A stretch of DNA of 32,000 bases from Methylorubrum extorquens (lineage in GTDB: Bacteria > Pseudomonadota > Alphaproteobacteria > Rhizobiales > Beijerinckiaceae). The notes under the pieces were generated by a model that did not search any database, was not told the origin of the DNA, and was given only the letters and a program-made list of their open reading frames with translations. The translations under genes and the position numbers were made by a program. Every line of letters starts with the position of its first letter. Position 1 is the first letter of the stretch. The stretch is taken from positions 2,160,001 to 2,192,000 of the forward strand of contig LT962688.1 in the NCBI GenBank assembly GCA_900234795.1. Direction: 5' to 3'. This document shows positions 16,344 through 26,094 of the stretch, piece by piece.

Positions 16344-17553
16344 AGGTCACCGCCCCGTTCGCGCCGAGGCTCCAGCCGAACACCGCGTTGTTGTGGTAAA
16401 AGGAGCGGGTGCCGCGCACGGCGACCAAGGCCTCGCGACTCGGCTGCACGTAGCCGGTCTCGTCCCGCGCCCGGCTCAGCAGTTTGGCCGGTCCGCCCTC
16501 CCAACGCCACGGCAGGCGGAAGCGGGTGAAGCAGCGCGGCAGCACCGGCCCTTCCAGATGCGCCTCCGCCCAAGAGGCGCCGCCATCGGTCGAAACCTCG
16601 ACGCCGGCGATGCGCCCGCGCCCGGTCCAGGCGAGGCCCCGGATCTCGTGAAAGCCGGGCTCCCGAAGCTGCTGGCCGCCCGACGGCGCGGTGATGACGG
16701 ACTTGGCCTCCATCACGAAGGTGAATTGCCGCGCCGTGCCGTCCGGCATCAGGTCGGTGTATTTCGAGGTTTCCTCCCGCGTCTGGAACGGCCGGTCGCC
16801 GACCTTCAGGCGGCGTAGCCACTTGATGCTGAGGTTGCCCTCCAGCCCCGGCAGGAACAGCCGCAGGGGATAGCCCTGCTCCGGCCGCAGCCGCTCGCCG
16901 TTCTGCGCGTAGGCGAGGATCGCCCCGTCGAGCGCGTCGAGGGGGATCGAGCGGGTCATGGCGCAGGCATCCGCCCCCTCCGCCAGGATCCAGGCGGCGC
17001 CCGGCTGCACGCCGACCTCGGCGAGCAGGGTCGAGAGCTCGACGCCGGTCCACTCGGCGCAGGAGATCAGGCCGTGGCTGTCCTGCACCGTCCAGTCGGG
17101 CTTGGCCCCGAGCCAGGGCGTGTTGCCCGAACATTCGAGGAAATGCAGCCGTGAGACCGCGGGGAAGCGGAGGATGTCGTCCATGGTGAGGATCAGCGGG
17201 CGCGCGACGAGGCCGTGCACCACGAGGCGGTGCCGGTCCGGATCGATCGCCGGGATGCCGGCGTGGTGGCGCTCGTAATGCAGGCCGTTGGGCGTGAGGA
17301 TGCCGTGCAGGCCATGGAGCGGCGTCACCGTGGCCACCGCCCCGGGAAAGGGCGGCGGCAGCCGGGGATAGCGCGCAAGCGTCTCCCGCGGGCCGGGCCG
17401 GCCATAGCCCGGAGCGGTGGCGCCCTGCTCGCGGGTCCAGGGCGGCACGTCGAGGGGGCCTGCCTCCGCCAGGGCTCCGGTGGCGGCGCCCGCCCCGGCA
17501 AGCGAGCCGGCCAGGCGTAGGAAGGCGCGGCGGTTTTCCATGACCTCGCCCAT
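16333..17553 (-). CDS. Molybdopterin sulfite dehydrogenase / sulfite-oxidase-family enzyme (SoxC/SorA-type)
   Basis: Twin-arginine signal (M)ENRRAFLRLAGSLAGAGAATGALA. NGLHYERHHAGIP, HGLVARPLILTMDDILRFPAVSRLHFLECSGN and the conserved Cys ligand region. Start is ambiguous between ATG 17553 and ATG 17541. Confidence 0.9.
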   Translation of the reverse strand: MGEVMENRRAFLRLAGSLAGAGAATGALAEAGPLDVPPWTREQGATAPGYGRPGPRETLARYPRLPPPFPGAVATVTPLHGLHGILTPNGLHYERHHAGIPAIDPDRHRLVVHGLVARPLILTMDDILRFPAVSRLHFLECSGNTPWLGAKPDWTVQDSHGLISCAEWTGVELSTLLAEVGVQPGAAWILAEGADACAMTRSIPLDALDGAILAYAQNGERLRPEQGYPLRLFLPGLEGNLSIKWLRRLKVGDRPFQTREETSKYTDLMPDGTARQFTFVMEAKSVITAPSGGQQLREPGFHEIRGLAWTGRGRIAGVEVSTDGGASWAEAHLEGPVLPRCFTRFRLPWRWEGGPAKLLSRARDETGYVQPSREALVAVRGTRSFYHNNAVFGWSLGANGAVTYAA

Positions 17554-17554
17554 C

Positions 17555-18595
17555 CTATCGCGCGCTCGCCTCGGCCTGGGCCGCCTCGAAGAAGCGGGAG
17601 TCGAACAATCCCTCCGTCGGCGGCGTCTGCTCGCTGATGCCGAGCTTGGTCTGGAGGGCCAGCATCGCGCCGGTCGCCGCCACGATGGTGCGGGGATCGG
17701 CGACATACTGGGTCGCCGGCGAGGCGAGCGCGTTGCGCAGGGTCGCGGCGGTGACGATGCCCTTGCCGAGCGCGGCCTCCACCGCGGGAAGCGCCCGCTC
17801 GGGGTCGCGCTTGATCAGATCGACGGCCCGCACGATCGCCGAGACGAGGGTGCGCACGGCCGCCGGATTCTGCTCGAGGAAGGCGCCGCGCACCGCCACA
17901 ACGGTGCCGGGCTGGCCGGGAAACAGCTCGCTGCCGTTAGCGACGAGGCGGATCTGTGGGTTGCGCTCGCGGATGATGCTGAGGCCCGGTTCGCGCACCG
18001 TCGCGGCCTCGACCGCGCCGGCGAGGATCGCCTGCTGCGCCGCGTCGATGCCGAGTGTCAGGATCTGCACGTCGGCCGGATCGACCTTGTGGACCTCGCG
18101 CAGCCAGTAGGACAGGTTGGTGTAGGGGATCGAACCGGGCGGCTGCGTGGCGATCTTGGCCGGGCGGCCCGTCTCCTCCCGGAAGCGCCGAAAGGCGGCG
18201 GCCGGTGCCGTGCCGTCGGTGAGCGGTCCGGCGAGCTTGGCGCCCGCCACGAGCACGTTCTCGCCGATAGCGGTCGCCGCCACCACCCGCAGATCGACCC
18301 CGCGCGTCCGCCCGATCGCCACCGGCGTGATCCCGGCGACGTAGACATCGACCGTGCCGCTCGCCGCTGCCTGCACCGCGTTCGGCCCGGAATCGAACAG
18401 CGTTACGGTGGGCTTGAGCCCGCCGGCCCCGAGCCAGCCCTCCCGCTCGGCGACGAAGAGCGGCGCGGCACCGAGCACGGGGATTGCGCCGATCCGCACC
18501 GGCAGGGTCTGAGCCTGGCCTTGCGCCAAGGCGGCACCCGAGGCACCGAACAGCGCGAAGAGAAGAATTGCCCACCGGATGAAGTGCGATGACAT
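17555..18595 (-). CDS. Periplasmic substrate-binding protein (NMT1/SsuA/TauA-like), first gene of the minus-strand operon
   Basis: Start taken at MSSHFIRWAILLFALFGASGAALA (ATG 18595, signal peptide). LPVRIGAIPVLGAAPLFVAEREGW and GTVDVYVAG are typical of this SBP fold. The stop is 1 nt from the molybdoenzyme start. Confidence 0.8.
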   Translation of the reverse strand: MSSHFIRWAILLFALFGASGAALAQGQAQTLPVRIGAIPVLGAAPLFVAEREGWLGAGGLKPTVTLFDSGPNAVQAAASGTVDVYVAGITPVAIGRTRGVDLRVVAATAIGENVLVAGAKLAGPLTDGTAPAAAFRRFREETGRPAKIATQPPGSIPYTNLSYWLREVHKVDPADVQILTLGIDAAQQAILAGAVEAATVREPGLSIIRERNPQIRLVANGSELFPGQPGTVVAVRGAFLEQNPAAVRTLVSAIVRAVDLIKRDPERALPAVEAALGKGIVTAATLRNALASPATQYVADPRTIVAATGAMLALQTKLGISEQTPPTEGLFDSRFFEAAQAEASAR

Positions 18596-18643
18596 GATCG
18601 TTCTTTTATTTGCGAGATCGAGATAAGATCTATTCATATCCTT

Positions 18644-18658
18644 TTGTATTATGTACAA
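18644..18658. promoter_or_regulatory. Palindrome TTGTA-N5-TACAA in the AT-rich divergent control region (LysR-type T-N11-A-like box candidate)
   Basis: Read directly: cttTTGTAttatgTACAAgtc. The 145-nt divergent intergenic region (18596-18740) is very AT-rich against a GC-rich background. Confidence 0.3.
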
Positions 18659-18740
18659 GTCATGCTAATAGGCAAGACATCTTCGGGCGACAAGGCTAAA
18701 GCCCTGAGCAAATCGGTGATGGAGGACGAGGATCTTGGCG

Positions 18741-21149
18741 ATGCAGGACGAGAGCGAGCGTCGGCAGCGGCTGGGCGAGCACGTGGCTCCGGCCGGGCTC
18801 TACGCGGCGATCAAGGCGCGCCCCTTCCTCGGCAGCATCGCCTGCAGCCACGACCGGCTGGTGGCGGGGAGCTGGCACGAGATCGTGCTGACCTACGAGG
18901 TCGGCGCCTGCGGCATCGCCGACGGGGCGACTTTCAAGGCGACGTTCAAGTTCTACTCCGACTGGGCGCTGTTCCAGACCGCCGACCCGTCGGCGGCCAA
19001 CTACGTCAGCGCGGAATACGAGGCCGGCCCGCTGCTGCCAGGGCAGTCGCCCGCGACCGTGCAGTCGCTCAGCGTGCGCTTCGACCAGAAGGGCCACGAG
19101 CGCCCGTTCCAGAAGGCCGTGATCGTCGATGTGGTCGACGGCTATCTCAATGCGGGCGACCGCATCGTCATCCGGCTGGGCGACCGGCAGGCTGGGGGGC
19201 CGGGCACCCGCGTCCAGACCTTCGTCGAGGACGGCTTCCGCTTCCGCTGCTACGTCGACCCGCTCGGCACCTCGCGCTACGTGGCGGTGCCGGGTGATCC
19301 GGTCATCGCGATCGCTGCCGGGCCGCCGGAGCGGATTCAGCTCGGGGCCCCCCGCTTCGTGGCGGAGGGCGTCGCGCCGCCCCTGACCGTGGCCCTGCTC
19401 GACCGCTGGGGCAACGTCGCCCGCGACCTCGGCGGCCCGCTCGACATCGCCGCCACCGCGGAGGGGCGCGAGGTCTATCGCCGCCGTCACGCCCTGCCGG
19501 AGCAGGGCTGGGCAACGCTGCGGGTCGAGGATCTACCGCCCGTCTCGGGCGAACTGCGCATCGGTGCCGCGCGTCCCGGCGGCCGGGACGTGGCGGAGGG
19601 GGTGGCCTTCGTCGCCGGGCTCGCCGACGCACCCGTGCCCCGGGCGCTCTACGGCGATCTCCACGTCCACGCCCACGATACGGTGGGCACCAACAGTCCG
19701 GCCTACAACGCAGCCTATGCCCGCGACGTAGCGGGGGTCGATGTCTACGGCTACACCGCCAACGACTTTCAGATCACCGACGAAGGCTGGCGTGAGGGCG
19801 TCGCGGTGACGGCCGGCTTCGACGTGCCCGGCCGCTTCGTCGCCTATTCCGTGCAGGAATGGTGCGGCAGCTCGACCGCGGGCGGCGACCATCAGGTGCT
19901 GTTCCTCGGCGACGATCCGCCCGGCTTCCCCTTCAACGAGCGGGGCGAGCACAACCGCACCTTCCTGTGGAACGAGAGCATGGGCGGCACCGGCGTCCAG
20001 GTCGGGCGCTGGCCGGTCGAGGATCTGTGGGCGGCCTACGCGCACGATCCGGAGAACCACCTCGTCATCCCGCATGTCGGCGGGCGCCGCTACATCCCAG
20101 ACTGGCACCATCCGGAGTTGGAACGCCTCGTGGAGATCGCCTCCGCCTGGGGACAGTTCGACTGGCTCTACCGGGACGTGATCGCCCGCGGCTACCGGCT
20201 CGGCGTCTGTGCCAACGGCGACGAGCACCGCGGACGGCCGGGCGGCGGCGCGCCGGGCGTGCAGGTGTTCGGCGTGCGCGGCGGGCTCACCGGCATCCTG
20301 GCAGACAGCCTCGACCGCCGCGCGGTCGGCCGCGCCTTGCGGGCGCGCCACACCTTCGCGACGACGGGCGAGCGCAGCGCCCTGCTGGTCCGCTGCGGCC
20401 CGCACCGCCAGGGCGACGCCTTCACGCACGAGGGCGCTGCGCGGCTCGACTATCACTTCCTCGGCGAGGCCGGCTGGGAGGAACTGACCGCCCACGATCA
20501 TACCGGCGAGATCTGGCGGCGCGACCTCCACGCCGAATGCGGATTCTCCGAGCGCCTCGTGCGCCTGCGCTTCGGCGGTGCGCGCATCCGCGACCGCTAT
20601 CGCTGGGCGGCCTGGGAGGGACGCATCCGCATCCTCAACGGCACGATCCGCCGCATCGTCCCCCAGGGCTTCGAGCATGCCGAGGAGACGGCGTGGCGTT
20701 CAGGCCCGACCGAGATCGCCTTCCGCTCCGAGACTTACGGCGACAGCGATGCCATCGAGATCGATATCGGTGGTCTCGAGGAATGCCGCATCCTAGTCGA
20801 GGGCACGATCGGCGGCTTCGTGAAGGTCGGCGATCCGCGCCGGCCCGCCCCCTTCGTCCATGCTCCGGATTTCCGTTTCGAATGCACCGGCCGCGAATTG
20901 ATCGCGGCGGGCGCCCTGCAGCGCGAGCTTGGCGGGGCTGGGCTGTTCGTGGCGCTGGAGCGCCTGACGGAAGCGCCGCTGCCGCGGGACGTCGCCGGGC
21001 ATATCCAGGTGGAGCCGGAGAACGCCCCGTTCGGCTTCCGGCCGGTCTACTTCTCGGGCCGCCAGCGCGACGGCAGCCGCGTCTGGTCCTCGGCACAGTT
21101 CATCACCTTCGCGGACGGGGGCGCGGCGAAGCCCATCTCACCCAAATGA
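18741..21149 (+). CDS. Large (802 aa) uncharacterised protein: N-terminal ~300-aa beta-rich domain, central PHP/CehA-McbA-like metal-dependent hydrolase core, C-terminal ~250-aa unknown domain
   Basis: ATG 18741 preceded by GAGGA (18728-18732). Core motifs: YGDLHVHAHD (nt 19650-19679), VQEWCG, VIPHVGG, CANGDEHRGRPGGG, RHTFATTGER. Together these resemble the His/Asp/Glu metal ligand set of PHP-fold phosphoesterases. Coding is clear from the long ORF, codon bias and non-junk composition. Function is unknown. Confidence 0.8.
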   Translation: MQDESERRQRLGEHVAPAGLYAAIKARPFLGSIACSHDRLVAGSWHEIVLTYEVGACGIADGATFKATFKFYSDWALFQTADPSAANYVSAEYEAGPLLPGQSPATVQSLSVRFDQKGHERPFQKAVIVDVVDGYLNAGDRIVIRLGDRQAGGPGTRVQTFVEDGFRFRCYVDPLGTSRYVAVPGDPVIAIAAGPPERIQLGAPRFVAEGVAPPLTVALLDRWGNVARDLGGPLDIAATAEGREVYRRRHALPEQGWATLRVEDLPPVSGELRIGAARPGGRDVAEGVAFVAGLADAPVPRALYGDLHVHAHDTVGTNSPAYNAAYARDVAGVDVYGYTANDFQITDEGWREGVAVTAGFDVPGRFVAYSVQEWCGSSTAGGDHQVLFLGDDPPGFPFNERGEHNRTFLWNESMGGTGVQVGRWPVEDLWAAYAHDPENHLVIPHVGGRRYIPDWHHPELERLVEIASAWGQFDWLYRDVIARGYRLGVCANGDEHRGRPGGGAPGVQVFGVRGGLTGILADSLDRRAVGRALRARHTFATTGERSALLVRCGPHRQGDAFTHEGAARLDYHFLGEAGWEELTAHDHTGEIWRRDLHAECGFSERLVRLRFGGARIRDRYRWAAWEGRIRILNGTIRRIVPQGFEHAEETAWRSGPTEIAFRSETYGDSDAIEIDIGGLEECRILVEGTIGGFVKVGDPRRPAPFVHAPDFRFECTGRELIAAGALQRELGGAGLFVALERLTEAPLPRDVAGHIQVEPENAPFGFRPVYFSGRQRDGSRVWSSAQFITFADGGAAKPISPK

Positions 21150-21438
21150 TCGTCGGCGTCTGCTCGGCGGCGAGACGGACGCGACCGTCCGGCGTCCGAA
21201 CACGACGATGTACCGCGGAGTGAAGGAAAACGCCCTTCTCGCCGAGGATGGATATCAAGAATGACCGTCCATTTGGCATCGGATGCAGAGTTTGTCTTTG
21301 CAAAGTCGCTTGCTGCGAAGGAAATCGAACAGAATTCCTTGAGATTGGGGCGGGAATTGCCGATTCCCTGCACGGATTGCCGCCGGGAGCCAGGTCCGCA
21401 GACCGGGCCGACAGCGGCCCGTGAGGGATGACCGGACG

Positions 21439-22662
21439 ATGTCGCAGATCGATGCAGGCTGGGGCGCCGGCCCGAGTGGACGCTACGAGGAACTCGCGGG
21501 TCGCTTCCGGCCGGTCTTCGGCGAGATCCGTTCCACCGCGGTCGCGCGGGACGCCGAGCGGCGCTTGCCGCATGCCGAACTCGGTTGGCTGAAGGAAGCG
21601 GGCTTCACCACCCTGCGTCTGCCCGCCGAGTCGGGCGGGCATGGCGCGAGCCTGCCCGAACTCTTCAACCTGCTGATCGAGCTGTCGGCGGCCGATTCCA
21701 ACGTTACCAATGCGCTGCGCGCGCATTTCGGCTTCACCGAGGACGTGCTGACCGCCGCCTCGGCGGAATGGCGTACGCGATGGATCGCCCGGCTCGCCGC
21801 GGGCGAGACGGTCGGCAGCGGCGTGTCCGAGACGGGGCCGGCCAAGGTCGGGCAGTTCGACACGGTGGTGCGCCGACGCGGCGACGAGCGAGTGGTGGAT
21901 GGCCGGAAATTCTACACGACCGGCGCGCTCTTCGCCGACTGGATCCACCTTTCGGCCCAGGACGAGGACGGCGCGTCCGTGGTCGCCGCGGTGCCGACGC
22001 GAGCGCCCGGCGTCACGATCGAGGACGATTGGGATGGCTTCGGGCAGGCCCTGACCGCGAGCGGCACCGCCCGCTTCGAGGGCGTCGTGCTGGCACCGGA
22101 GCTGATCAAGCCGGAGACGGTGCGCTTTCCCTACGCCATGGCCTTCTTCCAGCTCGTGCATCTGGCAACGCTCGCCGGCATCGCTCGGGCGGCGGCCGAG
22201 GATGCGGCGCGGCTGGTAGCGGCGCGCACCCGGGTCTACAGCCACGGGAATGCCGACCGCACGGCGGACGATCCGCAAGTTCTGGCTGTGGTGGGCCGCG
22301 TGCGCGGCAATGCCTATGCAGCCGGTGCCCTCGTGCTGAAGGCGGCCGAGGCGGTGCAACGCGCGGCGGAGGCGGTGCAGCTGGGCGGGCGCGAAGCGGC
22401 GGAGCCGATCACGGCCCTCGCCGATGTCGAGGTCAACCAAGCCGTCGCCGTGGTGACCAACCTCGTATTGGAGGCGACCACGGTGCTGTTCGACGCCCTC
22501 GGTGCGTCCGCCGTGAAGGCCGAGGACGGCCTTGATCGCTACTGGCGCAACGCACGCACCATCGCCTCACACAACCCGCGGATCTACCGCGAGCGCAGCG
22601 TCGGCGCCTTCGCGGTCAACGGCACGCGTCCACCCAGGGAGTTCCGCGTCGGTACGGCCTAA
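21439..22662 (+). CDS. Acyl-CoA-dehydrogenase-fold oxidoreductase, SfnB/DszC-like (sulfur-acquisition type)
   Basis: ATG 21439 preceded by GAGGGA. 407 aa. ERRLPHAELGWLKEAGFTTLRLPAESGG, FYTTGALFADWI, DRYWRNARTIASHNPRIYRERSVG. The C-terminal motif is what I recall from SfnB-family proteins. Confidence 0.8.
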   Translation: MSQIDAGWGAGPSGRYEELAGRFRPVFGEIRSTAVARDAERRLPHAELGWLKEAGFTTLRLPAESGGHGASLPELFNLLIELSAADSNVTNALRAHFGFTEDVLTAASAEWRTRWIARLAAGETVGSGVSETGPAKVGQFDTVVRRRGDERVVDGRKFYTTGALFADWIHLSAQDEDGASVVAAVPTRAPGVTIEDDWDGFGQALTASGTARFEGVVLAPELIKPETVRFPYAMAFFQLVHLATLAGIARAAAEDAARLVAARTRVYSHGNADRTADDPQVLAVVGRVRGNAYAAGALVLKAAEAVQRAAEAVQLGGREAAEPITALADVEVNQAVAVVTNLVLEATTVLFDALGASAVKAEDGLDRYWRNARTIASHNPRIYRERSVGAFAVNGTRPPREFRVGTA

Positions 22663-22804
22663 GGACCGCAACATTACACCTAGCATGAACGGATCGGGTG
22701 CCTCGCGCCGCGTCGGCACAGGCCACGACACCAGCGACCGCCGCCCCAATACACCAATCTTCTCCCGGATGCGGCTCGATTCACTCGTTTCTGCTCACGC
22801 CTTC

Positions 22805-22820
22805 GTTCTTTAAAAAGAAC
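22805..22820. promoter_or_regulatory. Perfect 16-bp palindrome GTTCTTTAAAAAGAAC followed by TTGACT (22828-22833), upstream of groES; candidate operator plus -35
   Basis: Read directly. The half-site AAAGAAC recurs at 22835-22841. No CIRCE element (TTAGCACTC-N9-GAGTGCTAA) is present between 22663 and 22924. Confidence 0.3.
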
Positions 22821-22924
22821 AATTCCGTTGACTTAAAGAACGGAGGCGGACACCCTGTCGGTATTGGACAAGGGGCTCCGGCCGGCGCGCCAGCCGCAGC
22901 CCAAACGACGGGAGTTCCTGAAGG

Positions 22925-23215
22925 ATGGCGTTTCGACCCCTGCACGACCGCGTGCTGCTGCGCCGCATTGAGAGCGACGAGCGGACGAAGGGTGGCATCA
23001 TCATCCCCGACACCGCGAAGGAGAAGCCGCAGGAGGGCGAGGTCGTGGCCGTCGGACCCGGTGCCCGCGACGACCAGGGCCGCGTCACCGCGCCGGACGT
23101 CAAGACCGGCGACCGCGTGCTGTTCGGCAAGTGGTCCGGCACGGAGATCAAGGTCGACGGCCAAGACCTCCTGATCCTCAAGGAATCCGACATTCTCGGC
23201 GTGATCACCGCCTGA
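22925..23215 (+). CDS. groES: Co-chaperonin GroES
   Basis: [49 protein letters not shown]...: canonical GroES, 96 aa. Confidence 0.95.
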   Translation: MAFRPLHDRVLLRRIESDERTKGGIIIPDTAKEKPQEGEVVAVGPGARDDQGRVTAPDVKTGDRVLFGKWSGTEIKVDGQDLLILKESDILGVITA

Positions 23216-23226
23216 GCAAGCTCTGA

Positions 23227-24876
<1,650 letters not shown>

Positions 24877-24885
24877 TCGCCTGAA

Positions 24886-24918
24886 GGCCCGAGGTCCGGC
24901 GGCGCCGGACCTCGGGCC
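24886..24918 (+). terminator. GC-rich hairpin immediately downstream of groEL
   Basis: GGCCCGAGGTCCGGCG (24886-24901), G, CGCCGGACCTCGGGCC (24903-24918): perfect 16-nt inverted repeat starting 10 nt after the stop. No U-tract follows. Confidence 0.5.
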
Positions 24919-25258
24919 CCTGGCTGCCGACAGTATTGATGTCCCCTTCCCCATCCTAAGGTGCCGCGAGGCGATCCCTAACGATCCTCAGGATCCCACG
25001 CGGTCCCGAGAGCCGTATCCGACCTGATTGCATCAGGCCGGCGTCTCTAGGTCGTTGTTGTGACGCGCATTCTTTCGACGAGCCGGTGGCCACTTCGTCG
25101 GAATGCGCTCTAGAGCCCCCTTCGAGGCCTGCCTTGTGCATCGGTACCTCGTGGATGGGGCGAAGGATTGGATCAAGGCGATTCCGGCCGGGTGTCCCCG
25201 CCGGCACCTTCCGTCACGGTCCATCCGCCGGATGGGCCCGCTCCGATGAGATCGACCG

Positions 25259-25531
25259 ATGACTGCTTCGCAGGACTTCCGCCGCAGGATCGAGGGCTAC
25301 AGTCTCACGACGGCCGAGATCCTCTATCACCTGCCCGACTTCCCGCATCTCCTTCAAACCTTCGTCTGGCAGAACCACGACCTGTTCCCGCAATTCCCGG
25401 AGCTGAAGCGGTTCCTCGACTTCTGGCAGGAGACGTTGGACGGCCCGCTGCACTCGGTCAGGGTGATGCATGCCCGCCTGATCCGGCCGACCGAACTCAA
25501 GGCGCTCTCGGCCGAGTTTCATCTGCACTGA
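25259..25531 (+). CDS. Usg-like family small protein (alphaproteobacterial Usg family)
   Basis: 90 aa. GYSLTTAEILYHLPDFPHLLQTFVWQNHDLFPQFPELKRFLDFWQETLDGPLHSVRVMH matches my recollection of the Usg-like family consensus. Confidence 0.8.
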   Translation: MTASQDFRRRIEGYSLTTAEILYHLPDFPHLLQTFVWQNHDLFPQFPELKRFLDFWQETLDGPLHSVRVMHARLIRPTELKALSAEFHLH

Positions 25532-25622
25532 AGGGCATACGGTACGGCGGGAACGATAATGCCCGGGCCGACCCGCGAAGAAAACGATGGTCCTCTGTGG
25601 CTATACGGAGGAGGACTGCATT

Positions 25623-25859
25623 CTAAAGTGATGATCTCGAGCCGAAATGTGTCGTCTTCGACTTGAGCGCGCGGCTGGATAGAAGGGATGACACTTCGAT
25701 CACGTTGCGGAGGAGGTAGACGATGCCGAACGGCTTGGCGACACGCATCTGCCCCTCGTCGGCCGAGGCCGGGCCCGCCACGAATCCAGCCAACGCAGCA
25801 CCCGCGCAGAGGGCGGCGGTTTGCCGGCGCGTGAGCAGGCCGCGTCGCTTGCCAGTCAT
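25623..25859 (-). pseudogene. Possible decayed N-terminal fragment of a periplasmic substrate-binding protein
   Basis: MTGKRRGLLTRRQTAALCAGAALAGFVAGPASADEGQMRVAKPFGIVYL... is a twin-arginine-like signal plus the first SBP beta-strand. It then degenerates into low-GC sequence with stops. No full-length frame can be reconstructed. Confidence 0.25.
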
Positions 25860-26094
25860 GTCGATCCCTGCTGTGACAATATATGGTCATCTAGCGGAGT
25901 TGTGCCGCAAGATTAATCAAACTTTTTGCCTCTTACGCAATGATGTTTCAGCGGAAATATACTGTTGAAGATAGCCAATTCAAAGCATAGCTATGACTGG
26001 CAGTCGCGTTTTGAGGAAAAATCATTACTCCCCCCGATCGGAAATTCGTCAATTGCGCGGTGCGCGATACGCCGCGTGGGGAGCGCCGCCCCCG

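Noticed and set aside
21261-21431. 56-aa plus-strand ORF (MTVHLASDAEFVFAKSLAAKEIEQNSLRLGRELPIPCTDC...) between the PHP-like gene and the SfnB-like gene. Nearby is a GGGAAT-N5-ATTCCC inverted repeat (21352-21368).
   Set aside because: The ORF is short with no family, no clear RBS and mixed codon bias. The inverted repeat is only 6 bp per arm. Neither is strong enough to report as a feature.
22663-22924. CIRCE/HrcA operator or a canonical RpoH promoter upstream of groES
   Set aside because: No TTAGCACTC-N9-GAGTGCTAA-like sequence. The TTGACT to CACCCTGT spacing (~18-20 nt) does not fit the sigma-32 consensus spacing I know.
24956-25258. Short minus-strand ORFs (24956-25207, 25033-25224) and a CCTGAT-tgc-ATCAGG hairpin between groEL and usg
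   Set aside because: The ORF translations are junk-like. The hairpin has only 6-bp arms and no supporting context.
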